Shown: one piece after another, positions 50,381 to 60,922 of the stretch | Layout of the letters: each line of letters opens with the position of its first letter | Numbering within the stretch: position 1 is the stretch's first letter | From: Bdellovibrionota bacterium | GTDB lineage: Bacteria; Bdellovibrionota_C; UBA2361; JBIKUX01 | DNA length: 64,000 nt | Assembly: GCA_044347345.1 (NCBI GenBank) | Contig: JBIKUX010000005.1 | Span: 47,228-111,227 of the forward strand | Direction: 5' to 3' | The notes under the pieces: generated by a model | What the model was told of the DNA's origin: nothing | Database searches by the model: none | What the model saw: the letters and a program-made list of their open reading frames with translations, nothing else | Program-made: the position numbers and the translations under genes

Positions 50381-51490
50381 TCAGTAGGATACTCTCGATA
50401 GTCGATTCAGAATTGTTTGATGAAAATCTTTGGCAATTTTTAAGTAATTGAAACGCTCAAAAGCTTTACTGCGAGCTACCTGCGACCTAAGCTCTAATTC
50501 ATCGGGGTTAGTAAGGAGATATATTACATTTGCGACAAACTCATTATCGTACTCTTCAGTTCCAGGCACTCCCCTTATCAAAATTCCTTCATTTCCAACC
50601 GTAGAAGCAAGTCCTCCAAGATTAGAAGTAACAGGAATGCATCCGGCTGCGAGAGCTTCAGCGGCAGTGATACAAAAAGTTTCGGCAAAAGTATTTGGAT
50701 AAAAAAGAATAGCACTTTTCATAAACTCTCTTGCAAGTTGTGCTTGAGAGATATTATCCGAAAACCTTATACCTGAAACTTTTTTACATTCAGCCTTGAT
50801 AGCCTCATACTCTGCTAGTTGCTGATGCGGAATTGTATTAGACATCCCATTTTCATAAACCTTATAACCAGAAAATATGTACATTTCTGCATCGGGCACA
50901 AAAGTTTTTACTCGATTAAAAAGACGTGGTACATGAGCTAAACCTCGGTAAGGAGTAGATGAATATATGAGTCTTTTCCAATTTCGTTGTTCAGCGCCTT
51001 GAAAAAAAGGAATGTGTACTCCATTTGGAAGTATTTGGAGTTTCTCTTTTGGTACCCCTGCGGAGGCACACATTGTATCACCTTGCCACTGACTGGTAAA
51101 AAGTAACGCAGTAAGCTTAGACCAAACGCGCTTATCCCCTAGTCCAAACGATGCAGGTTGGTCGTAGGCATCTCCAGTCCAAAAATACCGCAAAGTTCCA
51201 GGCAAATCTGCAACTGCCGGAAGCCAATCACGCACTGCAATCAATACATCGGCGCGCCGAACACTGTTAACATGTTCTGGTGGAAGATACTGGATAAGGC
51301 CTAAAGAATCATTTTTTGGGTTTGTATGAGGAGTGCAAACTATAACATCATTTCCCCATTGAGCAAGCCCTTCCGCGAATCTTATCACGGCTGTTTCAAT
51401 TCCACCAAGAGGGCGCTCATCTAAAGACCTACCATCAAATGGCAGGCATTTCGACGCCACTAAAAGATACCGAAGGGTTAAAAAGGTCAT
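50381..51490 (-). CDS. GT-B glycosyltransferase (family 4-like)
   Basis: LGGIETA, YSSTPYRGL, ETFCITAAEALAAG. Confidence 0.88.
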   Translation of the reverse strand: MTFLTLRYLLVASKCLPFDGRSLDERPLGGIETAVIRFAEGLAQWGNDVIVCTPHTNPKNDSLGLIQYLPPEHVNSVRRADVLIAVRDWLPAVADLPGTLRYFWTGDAYDQPASFGLGDKRVWSKLTALLFTSQWQGDTMCASAGVPKEKLQILPNGVHIPFFQGAEQRNWKRLIYSSTPYRGLAHVPRLFNRVKTFVPDAEMYIFSGYKVYENGMSNTIPHQQLAEYEAIKAECKKVSGIRFSDNISQAQLAREFMKSAILFYPNTFAETFCITAAEALAAGCIPVTSNLGGLASTVGNEGILIRGVPGTEEYDNEFVANVIYLLTNPDELELRSQVARSKAFERFNYLKIAKDFHQTILNRLSRVSY

Positions 51491-51725
51491 CTGTAATTCT
51501 AACTATACTCTCAAGCAAGTCTAATATCGTTTATGCGGCTATATCTCTCTTTATTGTTTGATTAAGTGAAATCTATCTTATTCCGATGAATTCTAAGGGG
51601 AATAAGTTTTTAACCCTTATTAACTATCAGCTGTTAACACAAAACACCTTTTTGTAAGTACAGTAAATCAGAATATACCGAATATACACAGTTTTTTAGA
51701 TGCCATTTTATAGTTTGTTAACAGT

Positions 51726-53720
51726 ATGAAGGTTTCACTGGAAGACATACTTCACATCATTGGAACCAGCATTATTGCCGGTGGCATAACTATACTACTT
51801 AGCGAATCAAATCCTCAGGCAGTCCTAACGATTACTGCAGTAACTAGCCTTATTGCCGTTCTTGAAATACTTCTCTATCTCCGTTTTAAAAAAATCTCTA
51901 AACACCTTGGTCTACCAGTGATTCATCTTCCCTTTGATTACGGTGCTTCTCGCGTACTACGTCAACTTACGCTACTTGATCGAGCAATGTTCTTAGGTAT
52001 GGAAAAGCGGAAGATAAAAAGTAATCGGAGCCTAGCAGCTACTTTTGACTTTATGGTTAAAAGTGCTTATTTCCTCATTCCGGCAGATCATATTGAAATT
52101 ACATTGAGCGACGGCCAACAGGAGTATCCTCAGACTTCGTATCTTCGTAGTAGTCAATTTAAACAATCAAGAATGATGGAAAAAATTCTTGCCGAGGGAA
52201 TACAAAGAGTAGAAGCTGAAACTCCCATAGAGCTATCAGGTGCTAGATTAGGAAGTATTAAAGTTGTATTTCCCGCTCTCTATACTCCAACAAAGGCTGA
52301 CAAGGTTTTACTCGATATTCTGGCCCACCAAGCAATGGTAGCAATACTGAATAGCAGATTCTCGCAAAAGTTACTTGCTATAAAACAAGTTTCAGAGCAG
52401 CTACAACAAGCTCAAACTGGCTTTCTTGCAAATCTAAGCCATGAACTAAGAGGGCCTATCGGATTTTTATTAAACGCAACAGAGCTCCTCGAAGACGGTC
52501 TGTACGGTGAAATGAATCAAGGACAATTAGAACTTCTGCAAATGATGAAGCGAAGCGGTGACCACCTTCTTGATTTAATGAATGACGTTCTTGATTTTGC
52601 AAAGGCTGAAAGTGGTAAAACTACGGTAGATCCAGTACACAATGACATTAACGAGCTCCTAAAGGATATGGTAGGTGTAGTCAGGAAAGATGCTGAAGAC
52701 AAGGGGCATCGGCTAGTGATGATTCCTCACCAAGATTCTCCAACCGTAGTATGCGACCGTCGTCATATAAGGCAGATACTCATAAATATTCTTACCAATG
52801 CCGTAAAGTACACACCCAACAAAGGGGGGCGTATTGAGATTTGGGCCGATCGACTAAATGACGGTAATATCCGCATTCACATACGTGACAATGGCGTCGG
52901 GATTGCTCAAGAAGACTTTAAAAAAGTTTTTGCTCCCTTTGAACGACTTAATAACCCTTATTCAAAAGCTCAATCAGGTAGTGGAATTGGCATGAGCTTA
53001 GTAAAGCATTTAGTAGAGTTAAATAACGGAAAGATAGACTTTGAATCTCAAGTGGGACAAGGAACTCATTTTTGGGTTGAGTTTCCAGAGAAACAAGAGG
53101 GAGTACCAACAACTGTTCAATTAATCGAAGAGGCTATTTCTCTCGATGGAAACGGAAAGACTATTATTCTTTTCAGTGAGAATAAGGGTGAAAGGACAAT
53201 AATTAATAGATATTTAAGTCATATTGGATTCGATGTACGAGAGGCAATCTCAGCTCAAGGAGCAGAATTTGTTTTAGAGCGAGAGTCCGTGAAACTCGCT
53301 GTAATTAACGGTTCACTCGTTAATCCAGAAGTAGAGCAACTTTTACAGATTCTTCGGTCGAGACCACAAAGTGAAGGCATTCCAGTTATCACAGTTAGTA
53401 GTGAAGCGATGAGATGGGAAGTTAAAAAATACCTAAGAGCAGGAGTAGACAGATATTTAGCAAAGCCTCTTAGCCTTGAACAATTAGGATCAGCTTGTTG
53501 TAAAATGATAAAAACCGAAAATCTTGGTAATGTAATCCCACGCGCCTTATTACAAAAAGGAGCTACCTACAAAGAAATAAGTGAATCAGAGGCCGAAAAA
53601 ATTTCAAGCGCTGGTCGAAGAATACGCAAGCCCCCAGGCTATAACAAACAGGAACAATATCATCAGGAACAAGATCTAGAACCTTTACCCCTTGATGACT
53701 ATTTTCATGACCAGAGTTAA
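51726..53720 (+). CDS. Hybrid sensor histidine kinase with degenerate receiver domain
   Basis: 2 TMs, H-box LSHELRGP, N-box NILTNAVKYT, G1 DNGVGI, G2 GSGIG, C-terminal receiver-like domain ending YLAKP. Confidence 0.92.
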   Translation: MKVSLEDILHIIGTSIIAGGITILLSESNPQAVLTITAVTSLIAVLEILLYLRFKKISKHLGLPVIHLPFDYGASRVLRQLTLLDRAMFLGMEKRKIKSNRSLAATFDFMVKSAYFLIPADHIEITLSDGQQEYPQTSYLRSSQFKQSRMMEKILAEGIQRVEAETPIELSGARLGSIKVVFPALYTPTKADKVLLDILAHQAMVAILNSRFSQKLLAIKQVSEQLQQAQTGFLANLSHELRGPIGFLLNATELLEDGLYGEMNQGQLELLQMMKRSGDHLLDLMNDVLDFAKAESGKTTVDPVHNDINELLKDMVGVVRKDAEDKGHRLVMIPHQDSPTVVCDRRHIRQILINILTNAVKYTPNKGGRIEIWADRLNDGNIRIHIRDNGVGIAQEDFKKVFAPFERLNNPYSKAQSGSGIGMSLVKHLVELNNGKIDFESQVGQGTHFWVEFPEKQEGVPTTVQLIEEAISLDGNGKTIILFSENKGERTIINRYLSHIGFDVREAISAQGAEFVLERESVKLAVINGSLVNPEVEQLLQILRSRPQSEGIPVITVSSEAMRWEVKKYLRAGVDRYLAKPLSLEQLGSACCKMIKTENLGNVIPRALLQKGATYKEISESEAEKISSAGRRIRKPPGYNKQEQYHQEQDLEPLPLDDYFHDQS

Positions 53721-53731
53721 AATGCCTGAGG

Positions 53732-54316
53732 TTGAAATCTTGTATAAACCCTATGAACCGAGTCTCAGCAGATTTAATGATATCAGATTTAATTACAGCT
53801 TTAATAACTAAAATCGATTCAGACCCAACGAGAGAGGGACTCCGTGATTCTCCAAAACGTATAGCTCATTTTTACTCTGAATGGATTACAACGGGAGATC
53901 CTAATTTTCCAGTTACTACCTTTGATTCAGAATCGTTAGACGAGATGGTAATAGTTCGAGAGATTCCTTTCTATTCATTATGTGAACACCATATGCTTCC
54001 TTTTTTTGGCACTGCATCCGTTGCTTATATCCCTAGCACCAAAATAGTTGGTCTCTCAAAAATACCGAGAATTGTCCAACACTATGCGCGGAGGTTACAG
54101 AACCAAGAGCGAATGACTCAACAGATAGCCGACTTCTTGGAGGAAATAATAAAACCTAAAGGAACGGCAGTAACATTGCGAGCTAGACACTTATGCACTG
54201 AAATGCGCGGTATTAAATCTATTGGAAATGAAACAATCACCTCTAAATTAAAAGGAGTACTTAAAACAAATCCCGCAACACGCGCTGAATATTTTCAGTT
54301 AACTAGCGCTACCTAG
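53732..54316 (+). CDS. folE: GTP cyclohydrolase I
   Basis: REGL..SPKR, SLCEHHMLPF, GLSKIPR, RRLQNQE, HLCTEMRG. Confidence 0.96.
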   Translation: MKSCINPMNRVSADLMISDLITALITKIDSDPTREGLRDSPKRIAHFYSEWITTGDPNFPVTTFDSESLDEMVIVREIPFYSLCEHHMLPFFGTASVAYIPSTKIVGLSKIPRIVQHYARRLQNQERMTQQIADFLEEIIKPKGTAVTLRARHLCTEMRGIKSIGNETITSKLKGVLKTNPATRAEYFQLTSAT

Positions 54317-54355
54317 TTGCAACCCCTGCTCTAGTTGCAACAGGTTAATCAGAAT

Positions 54356-55585
54356 TTAAGCTGGAATTAATCTATATTCGCTCCAATTTGTAAACGGAAA
54401 GCGTTTAGCTACTCTGGATATATCACCTAACGATACTGATTCAATGCGCCTTATCCTCTCAGACAGCGATATCGCTTCACCTTGAGCAAGCATTCCATTA
54501 CCGATTGCCATGACCCGCGACATAGGTACTTCACCACTTAAAACTATCTGAGAAATATGCTTTAATTTTACTCGTTGTAAATCTGCTTCAGTCCAGAAAT
54601 GTTCCGCCGTAAATACCTCTTCCATACGCTCCCGAACAGTATCAAGCTGACTGATGCCTGAAACTGCGTAAGCCATAACGAGCCCAGTACCATCTCTTTC
54701 ATCGGTAGCAACCATCACATCTTCAGCTAAACCTTCGTGAGTGATATTCCAATAAAGTGGTGAATTACCAGAATCACCTACAAGCAAAGCTAGTAGATTC
54801 AAAGCATACCGATCTGTATCTATACATGAACAACCTTCCCTAACCATAAATAAATAGGCCTGTTCAAGATTGGGTTTGGTAAAAGTATGCTCCAACTTTT
54901 CCCCCTGATATGGCTCAACTGTTCGACTAGCAGCGAAAGACTCCCAATGTCGGGTAGCCTTTTCAGTCAGCGTAAGTATTTCATCCCAATCAAATTCACC
55001 GGCAATACCGAACACTATATTTTGAGGCGTATAGCGTCGATTAAAGTAAGAGCGCATCTGCTCACACGTAAGAGCAGAAATGGACGCATTAGAACCTAAT
55101 ACTGAATTTCCGGCTGGATGACCTCTGTAATAATGAGATAAAGCTTGATCCATCAAGTAAAATTGCGGACGATCTTGATAAAGGGCTATCTCTTCTAGTA
55201 TTACATTTTTTTCGAGTGAAAATTCTTTTTCATCGAGCGTGGGGCGCATCATATCACTTAGCACACCATGATACTCCGCAAGATGCTCACTTATAACAGC
55301 ACCGTAATAAACTGTAGACTCTTCAGAGGTATAAGCGTTTGCTTGCACCCCAAGTCTAGCAAGTTCAAGGCTCAAACCTATAGCATCAAATCGAGAGGAG
55401 CCCTTAAATAGCATGTGTTCGAGGAAGTGCGATACTCCAGACTCTACACCTATCTCATCGCGAGCGCCTGTTTTAACAAAATATCCAAGCGCTGCACTCC
55501 TTGAAACAGGATTGCGCTCTCCAACAACGACTAAACCGTTAGGCAAAGTCTCAGTTAAAATTTCTAGTGACGAAGCTGACTTCAT
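54356..55585 (-). CDS. M16 family zinc peptidase, catalytic subunit
   Basis: SHFLEHMLFKG (HxxEH), NAYTS, EKNVILEE. Confidence 0.93.
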   Translation of the reverse strand: MKSASSLEILTETLPNGLVVVGERNPVSRSAALGYFVKTGARDEIGVESGVSHFLEHMLFKGSSRFDAIGLSLELARLGVQANAYTSEESTVYYGAVISEHLAEYHGVLSDMMRPTLDEKEFSLEKNVILEEIALYQDRPQFYLMDQALSHYYRGHPAGNSVLGSNASISALTCEQMRSYFNRRYTPQNIVFGIAGEFDWDEILTLTEKATRHWESFAASRTVEPYQGEKLEHTFTKPNLEQAYLFMVREGCSCIDTDRYALNLLALLVGDSGNSPLYWNITHEGLAEDVMVATDERDGTGLVMAYAVSGISQLDTVRERMEEVFTAEHFWTEADLQRVKLKHISQIVLSGEVPMSRVMAIGNGMLAQGEAISLSERIRRIESVSLGDISRVAKRFPFTNWSEYRLIPA

Positions 55586-55641
55586 ACAAATTATAAACCT
55601 CCAGATTATTCGTAGTAGTTTGGAAGGAACGTCGAAAAATT

Positions 55642-56868
55642 TTAGCGAGTAGAACCCAATGTAACTATCGTAGCGTTATTAACCGAATAAGCGGCTAGGT
55701 AATCGCTGACTCGCTCAACAGTAATTTCATTTAAAGCACTTTCTATCTCTTTATTAGAGCGAACTCTTCCAAAAATCCATACATCAACTAAATTACTACT
55801 ACTACGTACCTGAGGAGATTCGTCACCAATAACCAAAAGTGCCTTAAGCCCTGTTCTAGCCCGTTCAAGCTCCTCGTGAGTAACTGTGCTGGCTAATTCC
55901 GCTAATTCATCTTGAATAACTGTGAGAGTTTCATGAGCTCTTTCTGGAGTGGTTCCGGCATAAATTCTTAGCATGCCACTCTCTCGAGTTGCCACCATCC
56001 TAGCGTGTACCGCGTAGCAAAGACCCCGTTTCTCTCGCACCTCGATAAATAACCGCCCTCCCATACCGGTATGTAGCACGCCTACGGCCAAACGAGCTGC
56101 GTAGTAAAGTGGATCTGTAGGACCAACACTAGGAATAGCTATAGCTATTTGTAATTGAGCAGTTTCAGAAGGAACATGGTCTCTAGCTCCCGTAAGTACA
56201 GAGCCAAATGTAGGGCGAGCTACTTTTTTACCAGTAAAATCGCTAAAAAGATCTTTTACATTTTTTAAAAGTTCAGAAGGATTAACATTACCGGCCACCG
56301 ATAGCACTGCACCATCAGGAACAAAATATCTTTGCCAAGCATCTCGCACATCACGGTCAGTAATTTTTGCTAACCCTTCTGCATCTCCTTCAAGAGGGCG
56401 ACCGTAAGGAGAGGGATAGTAACATCGATTTAACTCATTTATTACCCGTCTTGAAGGATTGTCGAGAAGCGAAGCTAATTCAAACAAAAGCAATTGACGA
56501 ACAGGATCTATGTCTGCCTGAGCCAAGGTAGGTCTCTGAACCATGAGCTTGAGCAAGGATAATGCCTCTGGTAAAGCTGTTGGAAGACAGGCTCCCCCTA
56601 AATCGAAAGATTCAAGAGCAGAACTCTCGAAATGCAAAATACCCTTGCTATCAAAGGCCTGAGCTAGGCCTCGAGCATCAAACTCACCAGCACCACGTTC
56701 GAGCAATCCGGCCACTAAGTTTGATGTTCCAAGTAGATTTTCATCATCATATACGATACCCCCCGGCATTCTTAATTGGTAGGCAACTGAATGTGCATAT
56801 GGGAGTGGTTGAATAACAACCTTTAAACCGTTAGCTAATTCCTCGAGTATAACTTCACTCATTAACAC
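55642..56868 (-). CDS. M16 family peptidase, non-catalytic subunit
   Basis: M16 fold motifs but HxxEH replaced by NLVAG; GMGGRLF.EVREKRGLCY. Confidence 0.9.
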   Translation of the reverse strand: MLMSEVILEELANGLKVVIQPLPYAHSVAYQLRMPGGIVYDDENLLGTSNLVAGLLERGAGEFDARGLAQAFDSKGILHFESSALESFDLGGACLPTALPEALSLLKLMVQRPTLAQADIDPVRQLLLFELASLLDNPSRRVINELNRCYYPSPYGRPLEGDAEGLAKITDRDVRDAWQRYFVPDGAVLSVAGNVNPSELLKNVKDLFSDFTGKKVARPTFGSVLTGARDHVPSETAQLQIAIAIPSVGPTDPLYYAARLAVGVLHTGMGGRLFIEVREKRGLCYAVHARMVATRESGMLRIYAGTTPERAHETLTVIQDELAELASTVTHEELERARTGLKALLVIGDESPQVRSSSNLVDVWIFGRVRSNKEIESALNEITVERVSDYLAAYSVNNATIVTLGSTR

Positions 56869-56927
56869 CTCTTAACAATAACCTACATGATTATTTTTGT
56901 TTGAGGAACTATAACTTAAAGTATCTA

Positions 56928-58385
56928 CTAAGTGCCAGTCTGCTCGTCAGCATCGGGTCGGTCAGGTATACCCAGTTTATCCATTTTATATTTTAATATT
57001 CTACGACTGATCCCCAGAAGAGCCGCTGCTTTTGTCTGAACATAATTGGTACGCTTGAGAGCTTTAACGATCATCTCCGACTCAAATCGACGCTCAGCAT
57101 CATCAAAAGACATCCCACCTGAATAAACCTCTAAGTCTCGATGAACCCGAATATCTTCAACAATTTTGCGGGGTAAATCTTCTGATGTGATTATATCGGT
57201 GGGAGCAAGAGCCAAAAGCGACTCAAGAAGGTTCTCAAGTTCACGAACATTTCCTGGCCAACGATACCGACTAAGAGCACCTATAGCAGTATCATCAAAG
57301 GAAAGATCTCGATTACCGTAGGCTAATCGATACTTTTTAACAAAGTGCTCAATTAACCAGGGTATATCTCCCTGACGCTCTCGAAGGGGAGGCATAGAAA
57401 TTGATACCACATTGATACGATAAAAAAGATCTTCACGAAATTTTTTCTGAGCAATTAGCTCTTCTAAATCTCGATTAGTGGCCGCAACAATTCGTACATC
57501 AACCTTTATAGGGCGCGACCGGCCAACGCGGTAAAATTCCTGCTCTTGTAAGAATCTGAGCATCTTTACTTGAACCGATAAAGTTAGCTCTCCTATTTCA
57601 TCAAGAAAGAGTGTGCCTTTATCAGCTAGTTCAAAATGACCGATTCGCCGCTCAACAGCATGAGTAAATGCTCCTTTTTCATGTCCAAAAAGCTCTGATT
57701 CAATCAAGGTTTCTGGTATCGCAGCGCAATTAATAGCCACAAAAGGTGCATTTGCTCGAGGACTAAGTTCATGAATACGGCGGGCAATTAACTCTTTACC
57801 AGTACCTGATTCACCCGTAATCAACACAGTTGTATCACGGAATGCCACTGCACTTACACGAGCAAATAACTCCTCCATGGCCTCTGACTGCCCTATTAAC
57901 GAGCCAAAGTGTCCAGCAGCAGCAACTTCATCACTCTGCTCAATCTCACTCTGAGAAGTTTGAGAAACATCCCACTCGTTGCCTGAATCACGAGTTTGCT
58001 CTGTTTCTAAGATTTTTACTATTAGTGCAGTGAGCTCTTCAATATCAAAAGGTTTACTCAGGTAATCTACCGCTCCAATTTTCATTGCCTGTACGGCAGT
58101 ACGCACAGTGTTACTTGCTGTAAGCATGACCACCGGCAAGTTGAAAAATGTCTCTCGAATCTGTTTTAGTGTTTCAATTCCGTCCATTCCGGGCATTAAA
58201 ACATCCAGTAAAATAAGGTGTGGTAGACTTACTCCTTCTGTAACAAGTCGACCAAGGTAACTGACTGCTTCCTCTCCTGTTGACACAGCCGCAACATCGA
58301 AGCTTCTTTTTAAAAGAAGTTCAAGAGAGGAGCGCACTGCCTCTTCGTCGTCAATTATAAGGACGCTTTTTCGATAACCAATCAT
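56928..58385 (-). CDS. Sigma54-dependent response regulator (NtrC/AtoC family)
   Basis: Receiver LLDVLMP, GESGTGKE, GAFTHA loop, WPGNVRE, Fis-type HTH. Confidence 0.95.
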   Translation of the reverse strand: MIGYRKSVLIIDDEEAVRSSLELLLKRSFDVAAVSTGEEAVSYLGRLVTEGVSLPHLILLDVLMPGMDGIETLKQIRETFFNLPVVMLTASNTVRTAVQAMKIGAVDYLSKPFDIEELTALIVKILETEQTRDSGNEWDVSQTSQSEIEQSDEVAAAGHFGSLIGQSEAMEELFARVSAVAFRDTTVLITGESGTGKELIARRIHELSPRANAPFVAINCAAIPETLIESELFGHEKGAFTHAVERRIGHFELADKGTLFLDEIGELTLSVQVKMLRFLQEQEFYRVGRSRPIKVDVRIVAATNRDLEELIAQKKFREDLFYRINVVSISMPPLRERQGDIPWLIEHFVKKYRLAYGNRDLSFDDTAIGALSRYRWPGNVRELENLLESLLALAPTDIITSEDLPRKIVEDIRVHRDLEVYSGGMSFDDAERRFESEMIVKALKRTNYVQTKAAALLGISRRILKYKMDKLGIPDRPDADEQTGT

Positions 58386-58553
58386 AAAGAGGAGATAAGC
58401 ACACTTTCTGTGGGAGCCTATTTTAAGGAAAACATTATACCGTAAGGGTAAGATGCTACCTCGTCATTGTAAGAAACGATAAACTGAAGGTCTTTCATTC
58501 CATACTAATTTTATAGTACCTTTCCAAAGTGTTGTTTCTAAGTTTCAGGTCTT

Positions 58554-59534
58554 GTGGAAAAAATTCAATTAAATCAATCTGTACGAACAGACCAAAAAAT
58601 TGTCATAACTGGTGCGGCCGGACTGGTAGGGCAAAATCTACTTGTTCTTCTAAAAGAAAAAGGCTTTACTAACATTATTGCCATCGATAAACACGAAGCT
58701 AATTGCCGTATTTTAAAACAATTACATCCTGAATTTGAGAATAACATTGTGGTAGCTGACGTTGGTCATAATCACGATTGGAAAAAACATCTCCACGGAG
58801 CTGCATGCGTGATTCAACTCCATGCACAGATAACCGGTACCTCTGAAGAACCCTTTGTAGCAAATAACATTAAAGCTACTGCTTCAGTGCTTGAAGGCAT
58901 TAAAGCCGCTAACGTCCCTTACCTAATCCATATTAGTAGTTCAGTAGTGAAATCAGTCGCCCATGATTGGTACAGTGAAACTAAGCGAAAACAAGAAGAG
59001 CTCGTTAGCACTAGTGGCATAAAACATGTCATTCTGAGCCCTACGCTAATGTTTGGCTGGTTTGATCCGAAACACTTGGGATGGCTTAGTCGCTTTATGG
59101 CTAAGATACCGATCTTCCCAATTCCCGGCCACGGCAAGTATGTGCGCCAACCTCTATATGCTAGAGATTTTTGCCGCGTTATCGTTCGTTGCTTGGAAAC
59201 ATGTCCAGTAAATGCTCGGTATGACATAGTAGGAAGAGAAGAAGTTTTTTATATTGATTTAATCAAGCGCATAAAAAATCTTACTGGTTCTAGAGCGGCA
59301 ATCGTTAAAATCCCTTACTCTCTCTTCTCGATTCTCCTAAAAAGTTACGCTATTTTTTCATCACGCCCCCCTTTTACTGCCCATCAATTAAAAGCTCTCA
59401 CCGCAGGTGATTATTTTACAGGGGTTGATATTGAAAAGGAGTTTGCTATTAAACCTACTCCTTTAGTTGATGCTTTTCGTGAAACTTTTTGTCATCCACT
59501 TTATAGTAGTGTTATTTTGGATCAAACCGCATGA
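58554..59534 (+). CDS. NAD-dependent epimerase/dehydratase (extended SDR)
   Basis: ITGAAGLVG, HISSS, YSETK (YxxxK). Confidence 0.9.
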   Translation: MEKIQLNQSVRTDQKIVITGAAGLVGQNLLVLLKEKGFTNIIAIDKHEANCRILKQLHPEFENNIVVADVGHNHDWKKHLHGAACVIQLHAQITGTSEEPFVANNIKATASVLEGIKAANVPYLIHISSSVVKSVAHDWYSETKRKQEELVSTSGIKHVILSPTLMFGWFDPKHLGWLSRFMAKIPIFPIPGHGKYVRQPLYARDFCRVIVRCLETCPVNARYDIVGREEVFYIDLIKRIKNLTGSRAAIVKIPYSLFSILLKSYAIFSSRPPFTAHQLKALTAGDYFTGVDIEKEFAIKPTPLVDAFRETFCHPLYSSVILDQTA

Positions 59535-60871
59535 GCAACTTTGCTGTTTTGGGAGCTGGCCCAATGGGTCTTGCCGCCGCTCATTCTCTAGTTGAAGCTG
59601 GTCACAAAGTGACATTATTTGAAGCTGACGATCGTCTAGGCGGAATGTCAGCCTCTTTTGACTTTGATGGTCTTTCTATTGAGCGGTATTACCACTTTTT
59701 ATGCAAAAGTGACTATCCGCTATTTGCTTACGCAGAGAGGTTAGGATTATCGGATAAGATTAAATGGCAAGCCACTACCATGGGCTATTATTTCTCTGAG
59801 AAGGTTCATCCTTGGGGAACACCATTAGCTCTTCTTGCTTTTCCTCATCTTGATTTAATCACAAAGCTCAGATACGGCCTGCATGTTTACCGAACTAGTC
59901 GAATTACTGACTGGAGCATCCTTGAAGATGTAAACGCCAAGGATTGGATTGAGCGATGGGTAGGTAAAAAGGGCTACGACGTTCTGTGGAAAGGACTTTT
60001 TGATCTAAAGTTTTTTGAGTATTCTGAAGAGCTGTCTGCCGCTTGGATTGGCACTCGTATTAAACGAGTAGGTACATCGCGTCGCAATCCATGGACTGAA
60101 GAGCTTGGATATATTGAGGGCGGCTCTGAAGTGCTCATGCAAGCCATCGGCAAAGCTATTAGTAACCAAGGCGGTACAATTCGTCTAAATCAACCGGTAA
60201 GTGAAGTAGTGGTGCTTGGGGGGCGAGTAGCTGGAGTGCGGACGGCTGAAGGCTTTCTACCTTTTGATGGAGTGCTGTCTACTGTACCGCTTCCATATTT
60301 ACCAAGATTAATACCGCAGCTACCTCTGCGTGAAAAAGAGCAGATTCTTGCAATCAAGAACATCGGTGTAGTGTGTGTCATTCTTAAACTTTCGCAACCC
60401 CTAACACCTCATTTTTGGCTTAATGTAAGAGATTCAAACATAGCCATACCTGGCTTAATTGAATTTTCAAACTTACGTTCCTTTGGTGCGGGTAATCACA
60501 TTGTTTACTTACCATACTATATGCCTCAAACACACCCTAAGTTTAGGGCTCCCGAGGATTGGTTTTACCTTGAAGCATGCAAATATTTAGGGGCTATTGA
60601 GCCTCGGTTTAAAACTGACTGGATAAAAGCAGCTCATTTTCATAGATACCAGTATGCACAAGTGGTATGCCCACCCGGCTTTGCTCAAACCTTACCTAAT
60701 ATGGAAAGTGAGATTAACGGACTATTTTACGCTGATACCTCTTATTACTATCCAGAAGATCGCTCGATGTCTGAAAGTCTCAGGCTTGGATTAAAGCTTG
60801 GCTCACTCAGTGCATCGTGGGCTGAAGAATTAAACGGACAACAACGGCATCAAAGAGAAGCTAGTGGATAG
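59531..60871 (+). CDS. FAD-dependent oxidoreductase (amine oxidase/protoporphyrinogen oxidase-like)
   Basis: VLGAGPMGL, FEA..RLGG, IERYYHF, YYPEDRS; ATGA overlap with the epimerase gene. Confidence 0.88.
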   Translation: MSNFAVLGAGPMGLAAAHSLVEAGHKVTLFEADDRLGGMSASFDFDGLSIERYYHFLCKSDYPLFAYAERLGLSDKIKWQATTMGYYFSEKVHPWGTPLALLAFPHLDLITKLRYGLHVYRTSRITDWSILEDVNAKDWIERWVGKKGYDVLWKGLFDLKFFEYSEELSAAWIGTRIKRVGTSRRNPWTEELGYIEGGSEVLMQAIGKAISNQGGTIRLNQPVSEVVVLGGRVAGVRTAEGFLPFDGVLSTVPLPYLPRLIPQLPLREKEQILAIKNIGVVCVILKLSQPLTPHFWLNVRDSNIAIPGLIEFSNLRSFGAGNHIVYLPYYMPQTHPKFRAPEDWFYLEACKYLGAIEPRFKTDWIKAAHFHRYQYAQVVCPPGFAQTLPNMESEINGLFYADTSYYYPEDRSMSESLRLGLKLGSLSASWAEELNGQQRHQREASG

Positions 60872-60922
60872 TTTAAGGTGGAGATAGTTTTAAATTTTGA
60901 TCTAATTATTTCCTACTTCAAA

